This document shows positions 56,001 to 64,000 of a DNA stretch of 64,000 nucleotides, piece after piece (the first letter of the stretch is position 1; each line of letters starts with the position of its first letter). A program made the position numbers and the translations under genes. The notes beneath the pieces are model-generated. The model did not search any database. It was not told where the DNA came from and worked only from the letters and a program-made list of their open reading frames with translations. Origin of the DNA: a virus; the IMG/VR virus record IMGVR_UViG_3300028888_000123; one strand, written 5' to 3'.

Positions 56001-58855
56001 TAGAATTCTTTATTGCATCTTCACTTACAACTCCTCAAATGCTTTTATTTACTTCTGAGGCTAATACATCATCTGATAAATCTGCTATTCTATCAATCTC
56101 ATTTTGAACATTAATCATTTGTTTCTCGAATTTTCCAGAAACAACCATAGACAATGAAATTCTTTCATCTACCATTTGCCATAAATTTCATCTGTCTGAC
56201 ATATTCTGAATTACTTTCACAGGTATTCAAGTTTTTTCTGATATAACATTATTAATTCTATCTAATGTATTCTTATCAATAGTTGTAACAACTTTTCAAT
56301 CTACTACTTTCTTTTCGATTATTCACAATAACTCTCAATAATATTTACGAGCTGCATCGTCTATGTCGTTGTTGTAGTCTATTAACGCCTGGGCTTCATC
56401 TCACGCTTCCTTTTCTCATTTTGACAATGGAGATAATTGACTTTCCTTTAGGGCAATATATACTGTATCACCTTTAGCTCACACATTATTAATTACAACT
56501 CAATCATACTTATCTCATCATTTTAGCTGTTTATTTAATTCTTTGACATAGTTCGAAAAGTCATCTGCAGACATTTTCTTTCACTCATAGAAAATACTAT
56601 TTATCGTACTCTTTTTAGCACTAACTTCAAATGGGTGCTTAATTATTAGATATGTTCATTCTTCTCAATCTACCTTTTCAGAAGAATAGGTTAAGCTTTC
56701 TGTAGTTCAATTTTTATTAGATTTATATACAACAAGAGGAGTTCAACCAGATGTAGAAACGACAGTATCTATCTCAGTTCATTCACCAGTAGTTATTTCA
56801 TACATTTCTTTTCTCATCCTCTCTGTTGGAATACTTTCTCAAAGAGATTTAATTGAAGCTGTTCAAGCTATTTCGTCAAACATATCATCATTCTCTGTCT
56901 TGAATATTAAACTTCTTCACTCCATATCAAATCTTCAAGACATTGCTCAGCGAGGATATATTACTGTAATTTTGTCTTCGTCTTTCCGTCATTCAGTTTC
57001 ATTCACTTTCTTTAATATATTGTCGAGCTCTTTATTATCTCTCCATCTCGAATCAGAAACTATTAAATATCAACCTTTGTATTTTTCTCTAAGAGTTCAT
57101 ATCAAATCTTCTGAGTCAGTTAAGTCTTCTATCTCTGTACTAACAGTCATCTTATTTCTATTAGCACGCAAATCCATTAAATCAGCTTTAGCTCTAGTAT
57201 TCTCATCTTGAATATATAGTCATTTCCTAAAGTTAAAGAATGCTTTAGGTCTATCTGCTAATGTTTGCCCGGTAATTGTATCTAAAGCGATTTCCTCTGG
57301 TTTAGATATATTTGCATTTAATTTTGCCTTTTTATAAAGAGCTATAATCTTATTCGCTGCAGCTTTATTATTTCATAGTAGATATTGGGTAGCGATGTTC
57401 AATACAGTACCGCTGTCATATTCTCATCTCTCTAAAAGTTTTATAATATTTCTATCTCAAGTAGCAGTATAAATTAATTGGATAACGTCAGTTGGTAGCA
57501 TCTTTACTCAAGCAATTTCAATTACGTCAGGTAATTCTCAATCTCAAATTGCCTGTGCAAAGTCTTTTAATCAATTATATAATTCTTTTCAATTGGTTCA
57601 AGATACATTCAATCATAACCTTCTAGCCCTATTATATAACGACGAAGCTATAACAACATTAGAGAATGTAGCTCACTGTTCTACAAACTGCATAGTTCTA
57701 ATTAATGACCCAAGTTTCTCTATATCATTATAATTTAATTTCTTTCTGCTGGCTAAGTAGTTTAGTTTTTTTGCGTAAGCATCTCTTAATAATTCAGCAT
57801 CGCTTCAAAACATAAGCTGCTTTGTGTTAGTGAATGCCTTAGAAAGTAAGATACTTAAATCATCTATCTTCTCTATCTGGTCTAAAGTTAATGGTCAAGT
57901 ATAATCTTTTAAATTTTTAGCTGTTCCTGAATCACGAAAAAATTTTATTATTTTATCCTCAGTAGTTCTGTTAGTTCAATCTGCTCAAGCGGCGATTATT
58001 TCTCTAGCCATAACATACTGAACCCAAGTATCCATAGCATCTTGCCCATCATTCTCTGCTATTTTTACAATAGTTTGCCATTCATTATCAATAGCAGAAT
58101 ATCAAGATGGAGCTTTTAATTCATTCTTTACCATTTCAGCATTGCTCCATTCTCACGTTACTTTATCTGTTTGTTGCCATCAATGTTTTTTATCCTTGGC
58201 TCAAAGTTTTCTTTTCTTTTTAGCCTCTTTTGCAGCATCTCTGTCTTTTGCTTTTTGTACATTATCTAAGGCTTTATTATAAAGCTTTTTATATTCTTTC
58301 ATAAACTCATCTTGAGTTATTTCTTTATTAATATATTGCTTTTTTAAAGCCTGCACAGCAGACGTTTGTCACAAATCTGTATATTGTTTAAGGCTATAAT
58401 TAGTGGCCATAAATGTATCTAATTTTTGTTTTATTTCTTTTACCACATCTGCAGGAGAGCCTGATGTACTTCACCAAGCTCTTGCGATATCTTCATAGTC
58501 TACTGGATTAGCGTTTTTTACTTTATTCAATAAAGTCATTCACTCTGCTAAGCCCCCACCCATTTTAGTTATTTGTCTAGCTAATTCGTCGTATGCTTCG
58601 GCTCCAAATCTTCCTCATAATATCTGAGCTTGCACTATTCATCTAATCATAATATCTGCAGACTCAGCCTTTAATTCTAACTTGTGTGCATCCATTCAAG
58701 TTAAAGCGTCTACTCATTCGCCGGTTCTCCTTGAGCGCTCAAGCATACTATTTCTTAACCTAGATAATTCTGCTAATTCTTTTGCTAAGTCATCATCTCA
58801 TCAGATTATTCACGTAGCGATAATATTAGCTAATTTATTACAGTCTATCTTTGCC
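50038..58855 (-). CDS. Giant ORF (about 2939 aa if continuous) of unknown function; possibly an internal virion or ejection-type protein.
   Basis: With TGA as Gly I found no TAA or TAG from ATG 58853-58855 to TAG 50038-50040. ORF track pieces 53533..53715, 52138..52320, 55699..55881, 49... fit this frame. Continuity over 8.8 kb is not fully verified. Confidence 0.35.
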
Positions 58856-58879
58856 ATAATGTATAATTGCTAAAATAAA

Positions 58880-61861
58880 TTAACATACGATTTCTTTTAC
58901 TTTATTAACTACATTCCCGTATGCTCAAGAGTCCACTACTGCGTCAACAGTAGCATCTTTAATTTTTTTATTTGGAGTGGTGATTTCTTTTAATTTACTT
59001 AAAGCATTTCTTGCGTCTTCAGCCTCAGATATTTGAATTCACAAAGAAAATAAATCTATATTCTCTGCTTTCATTCATAGCTTTTCAAGTCATTTCTCAG
59101 TTAGATGCTTCTTTCAATTTTCATCTGCTACTGTAAAATATTCTCATTTTGCATCGTCAGCCACATCAGAAAATCATTCAATCTTCTTTAAATTAGCTAT
59201 ATCGTCTGGGCTAAATCATTGTTCAACTTTAGCAGCAATACCTCAGTCTATTGTATTTAATTGTTTTTTAATGTTGTCGCTTCAAGTCTCCCAAACAACA
59301 GTAGCATCCGTTCAATTCTTTAATTTAATCTTAGATACATAAGGTCAGAACGAAACTTGTCAAGGTATCCTTCATAAATATTTTATAATATCAGCTGGAT
59401 TAGTTAATTCGTTTTGAATTAATACATTCATCCTCCTGGCAATATCTGAATCTTGTCTGTAGAATTCATTAATATATTGTTGCAATAATTTCTTTGTCCA
59501 TTCAGATGCGTCTTGTTTTTTATCTTGAGGGAGTTCATTATAGGCACGTTTAGCCACTTCTTGAATTTTACTAAAGTTATTACTTAGCTCTTTTAAGTCT
59601 CTAACACTAATATTTGAATCAGCCTTCTGTAATAGTCTAACTACATTGTCCCTAGCTTCCTTAGAAGAACCCATATAGTCTAATACATCCCACACTCATC
59701 AATTTCACATCGCACCTTTATTAGCTAATTTTCTAATTCACTGCACAATCTGAGCATCTGTAAATAAAGGTAATATAGCATTAAATCATAATGTTCATAA
59801 CGCAGACAATACAAACGATTGTGTTGAATATGCTTCAGTATCGAATGCACTCCATTGTGCATCCATTGCCTGGTCTATCACAGATTGAGTTACAGTCCAA
59901 TCAACTAATTCTCAAATTGCTTTTCGTGTTGGATTAATTTTACTTGTAGCTTTAGATGCAGCTAATAATCAATCTATTCATTTAACCACACCTCAAGTTC
60001 AATACTTAACTGCTTGATTAAGTCTTTGAAACATAGACATTCACTCAGCAGCCTTTAAAGCCTGATATGCTCTTTTAGTTTTTGTTAATGCTCATACAGC
60101 TCAAACTCATCAAGTAGCAACTCATAATAAATAATCTCGTCCAAGATTTCAAGCAATCTCTGGGACATATTCTACTCACTTAAGCCAGTATTTTTGTATT
60201 GTCCTAGACGAACTAGATTTGTCTGTTTCTATTAGCCTTCATATAGTGAAGTCTTGGTCTAAATACGCAGACGTAGACCAAGCAGATTTATTTCAAGATA
60301 TTTCATCTTGAAACTCTCATCGATTTCGTGGAGTCATAGCGTGATATGTTAGTGTACCTAAATCTCAAACTAACATAGCAGCTTGTTGTCAGATTTCTCA
60401 TAGCCTATATCAGAATCATTCTCACCGATGCTGTGCCCATTCCCAAGCGTTTCATATTGCTGAACCCCTTTCTTTTTCGTACGCATATAACGTGTTATTG
60501 GCCATTTGTTGAAATACATCTATAGTAGAATCTCATTTCCACCATCATCATTCTCAACTAAGTTTTTTTACTTCTGAAGATAAAACATCTCATAAAGTTT
60601 GTCATCATTCAAAAGAGTCAAGAGTTTCAGAAATTTCTCAATTTTCGTCTACGTTTTTAGCAGATTGTTTTAAATAATTATTAATTCATTTAGCAGCAGC
60701 AACTTCCATTTGTCTAAACCTCTCAGCGGTATCGATAACTAACGCTTCTCAAGAAGTCCATTCGGTTTTCGGTTTTGAACGAACAACTTTTTCAAGAGCA
60801 TATATAGGAGCGGCAATTGTATATATTCTTGTAGCTTGGTCACGAGCAGAATCCCATCAGCTAGACATAAAATCTGCCTGTACTCTTCAATCTTTTATAT
60901 ATTCCTCAGAAATATTATTTACATCCTTTAATGCTTCATTCATAAAACGAGAAACATATTCGCTCTGCATTGAAGAAGATAAATCAATAGTAGGTTCTTC
61001 TTGGTCAAGTCAATATGATTGATAAATTTGCTGTGCATTATTTTGATTTTCTCATTGTGCATTTACATATGTAAGCCACTCGTCTAATGTAGGTTCATAA
61101 TTTCATTTCTTTGTATTATTCTGAGCAAGCCTATCTAACTGTTCTTGTGTATATTGGTCTTTTCTTCTATGGACATTTCATAAAAATCAATCAGTATAAT
61201 AGTCGTCACTATTTAATCTAAACATTCACCTCGTATTCATATAGAAGTTTAGCAATGCTTGATTTATATCTTGCTGAGTCGAATTAGGGTCACTCGCTAC
61301 ATTATTATATTTTTGCCATTCATTTTGGAACATTAAACCTTCTCATCATCTATCTCCTAATTCAAGGAATAGCATATTATGATTATCTGGGTTATATCAT
61401 AATGCTACGTGTTTTTCTGCCTCCTGTGCTTCAGCATCTGCTTTATATGAATCTACTATCTTATTCGCAAATTTACTAATATTATCGCTCCATCTATTTA
61501 ATGTATCAAAGAAATTCTCATTCTCTTTTTCTTTTTCTTTTTCTATAGCTTTTTCTGTGCCTCAAGAAAGTTCAGTTTCATTAGGGTTTAAAAATCATCA
61601 TTGTGGGATGTCTGGGGCATAATCTTGTGCATTTTCTCTATTAATTTGACTTGCCACGTCTGATAAACTTTTATTAGCAAAACTACTCGTAAGTGTATTA
61701 TTACGAGTAGCAGTGTTAATGTTAGTATTATTTATAGTTCAAGTCTGTATTTGCTCATTTAATGTTTGAGGTTTTGCTTCTGTATCATCATCACTAAACC
61801 AACCACTTACGGTGTTTTTCACTCCGTGCCAAATATTTTTTAAACTATCTAGTAATGCCAT
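58880..61861 (-). CDS. Large protein (about 993 aa); portal candidate by position (second gene after TerL).
   Basis: ATG (CAT) at 61859-61861. ORF track 59372..59695 is internal. Confidence 0.3.
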
Positions 61862-61893
61862 AAAAATTTAGTTCCTGAAATAAATACTATGTT

Positions 61894-62192
61894 TATTCAA
61901 CGTCGTAATTATCTTCTCTTTGTGCTTCAATTTTCTCCTTCTCATATTCTAATTCTTCTTGGTTTTGTCTGAGAATTCTCCCATCGATTACTGGCACAAA
62001 TGCAATTCAGGCTGCCTTGTCTAACAAAGCCTCTGCGTCTGATTTGGTAAGATTACAATGTTCCAAATAATAAACATAATATCATTCATTATCTCTCCCG
62101 AGTATTGTCAACAATTCTCAATCGTCATCTCTAATTAAAGCATATTTTTTTGTTAATGCTTTTAAGATTTCTTGTTTTTTTTCTATCAACAT
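61894..62192 (-). CDS. Hypothetical small protein (99 aa), first gene of the late transcription unit.
   Basis: The ATG lies 3 nt downstream of the late promoter-like element. Confidence 0.4.
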
Positions 62193-62195
62193 TTT

Positions 62196-62244
62196 CCTAT
62201 ATATAGATTATAAAATTTAAGGATTTTTTTATAACTTTTTAAAA
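62196..62244 (-). promoter_or_regulatory. Late promoter-like element, copy 2.
   Basis: CCTATATATAGATTATAAAATTTAAGGATTTTTTTATAACTTTTTAAAA, nearly identical to 47445-47493. Confidence 0.6.
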
Positions 62245-63999
62245 CAATCAACTTTTTAAATTATTTAAGAAGTCTTCAGTTGTGTCTTCTTGCTTCTGAT
62301 ATCTCTCTGCCCAAAATTCTTCAGCTAATTGTTGATTTGATTTTTGTGGCCCCATTTTTATTACGTCCTTTGTAGCAAGCTGGTCGTGAAACCAAGCAAA
62401 GTAAAGCACAAGCATCATTCCGGAAACCTGGTCATCGTGAAGTTTTTTCTCTCACCTAGCTGATGCTTTCCATTTCTTGAAGTGAGAAAGTTCCTCTACA
62501 AGTCATCATTCTCCATAACAATTTGGGTCGATATAGATTAAGTTAGAATCAAAGAAGCTACTCTTAATCATTTCGATACACCATTGCTTACCTACATTAT
62601 GTCTAGCTCAAGGCTGATATGTAATATTACCTGTCCATTTAATAAGCATATCACAAGGCATTCAAAGCATTCATAACTCTCTAGCAGCCGCCCATCATCT
62701 CGAAGCATCAAGGACTAAATAAACAGGTTTTGTTGTGTTCTTCAAGTCCTGAATTACTTGTTTCATTTTAGCGAACCTTTCATTACTTTCTTTTGCTAGG
62801 TTATATGTCTCTTTGATATAGTATTTTCAGTCTTTAGCTCATAATATACAAAGTCAAGGGTTATCGTACGTATCAGCTTCATCATATCCAACTACCCAAT
62901 AATCGCAGTCGCTAGGACATTGAAGCTGTACTCAGTCAATATTAAATACTGTCTGGTCTGTAGAATATTCTCCATAATATTCAGCAAGCATATAATCATA
63001 ACCTCTAGCATTTAATACTCTAGTTACCTGAGCTTGCTTCTGCTCCTCCGTAAGAAACTCTACATCATCCATTGTGAAGTGTAAAGCTACTTCTGGCCTA
63101 CGTTGAATAAACTCAGCTCTCATTTTTTCGAAGTCTCAATTCTTTATTTTTCTTTCATAATCTTTTCTACTCTTACAAATATCTAGTCAATATTTAATCC
63201 ATATATCGTGAATCAATACATCAATAGGCTCATAGTCTCTTTGTGTCTTATATGCATTAAGCCGTCATTGATAGAAATGTCAAGCTTGTGTATTAGGTCA
63301 AATTGTTGAAATAAGAGTGACTAATGAGTCTGCTGTTGACATAGCTGTACCTACATAGTCCCAGTCAAGATAGTCGGCCTCATCTCAAACGAACTTTCTT
63401 GTACGTCTTGACCTAGTAGGGTCATTCTGATTAGTTGTAACATATTCAAGTTTTCTCTGTTTATCTCCGTCGAGGATGTATAAACCTGTATTATCAGGCA
63501 ACTTGTTACAAAAACTCGGCAAATCAATAAGATTATTAAGCATCTGTTGAGAGTAAACCATATATGGTGCGTTCTGTTTTTGCGATAGTCCCATATAGAG
63601 AACTGAAAATTCTTGAATACGTTCATTACTGTCTGTTATCTCTTTAAGTAAATATCCCGCACTATCTCAGTTGATATATAATGATTTACCTCATCATCTT
63701 GGACCAATTACGTAGGTCACTCATCAACTAAGTAGCCATACCATCATCTGCCAATGCTGTAGACAGAAGCCATTAAATGTCCTTCAGGTATCAGCAAGCA
63801 TAGCTTCAAAGAGTTTAGGTTTATACACTCAAAATAAGTTTGTTCTATATTTCTGTCATTGAACTTCATAGTCAATTGAGAAATCCTCTCATATATCCCA
63901 GTCGATATATTCCATCCTTTGTAAGTCTTTTTTATTTCTTCATTTAGGAATTTTAATTGGGGTAACTCTAAACTGTCATAAGATTATATCTTTCATCAT
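62239..63999 (-). CDS. terL: Terminase large subunit (about 586 aa).
   Basis: Walker A VIGPRGGGKS, Walker B LYILDGD ... VGDEADY, and a C-terminal nuclease region LIYIDP...KLHDD. ORF tracks 62932..63123 and 63385..63594 are internal. The ATG lies at 63997-63999, so the gene may begin just beyond the window. Confidence 0.6.
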
Positions 64000-64000
64000 A

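Noticed and set aside
1-64000. Fragmented standard-code ORFs, considered as pseudogenes of a decaying prophage.
   Set aside because: The interruptions are exclusively TGA and fall on conserved Gly positions, so this is recoding, not decay.

Overview
This window reads as most of a phage or prophage genome written in a recoded genetic code. In-frame TGA codons fall on invariant glycine positions in several recognisable domains (kinase P-loop, metallophosphatase GDxHG and GNHE motifs, terminase Walker A), so TGA is Gly (translation table 25, known from Absconditabacteria and Gracilibacteria). TAA and TAG remain stops. The supplied standard-code ORF track is therefore badly fragmented. I re-read genes by eye with TGA as Gly, so most CDS boundaries are approximate (a few codons either way).

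Layout: the + strand arm (1-19950) carries a tRNA array of five tRNAs plus a sixth downstream (one is the canonical serine tRNA, tRNA-Ser-GCU, and three have abnormal anticodon loops or arms). It also carries a trifunctional RNA-repair enzyme resembling polynucleotide kinase-phosphatase (Pnkp) that combines kinase, phosphatase and RNA-ligase domains. The arm continues with about 15 small early genes separated by a conserved 30-nt intergenic unit, an SPFH (band-7/prohibitin-like) protein, two HNH-type nucleases, a RusA resolvase, a sigma-factor-like protein and an HslV-like peptidase.

A bidirectional terminator at 19951-19977 separates this from a minus-strand late arm (19979-64000). In descending order that arm carries large terminase TerL, two very large ORFs, portal candidates, scaffold, major capsid, and a cluster of at least six tail-fibre-like genes. 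Among these are a roughly 2000-aa fibre with internal repeats and two domains resembling the FISUMP fold (Fibrobacter succinogenes major paralogous domain) that sit in GC-rich islands. The arm also carries a lysis cassette (holin-like, papain-like peptidase, glutaredoxin-like) and Cys-rich small proteins. Three copies of a 50-bp late promoter-like element and three copies of a conserved stem-loop element punctuate the late arm. A 480-nt non-coding island (28601-29088) is a candidate ncRNA or origin. No rRNA, CRISPR array, integrase or transposase was seen.
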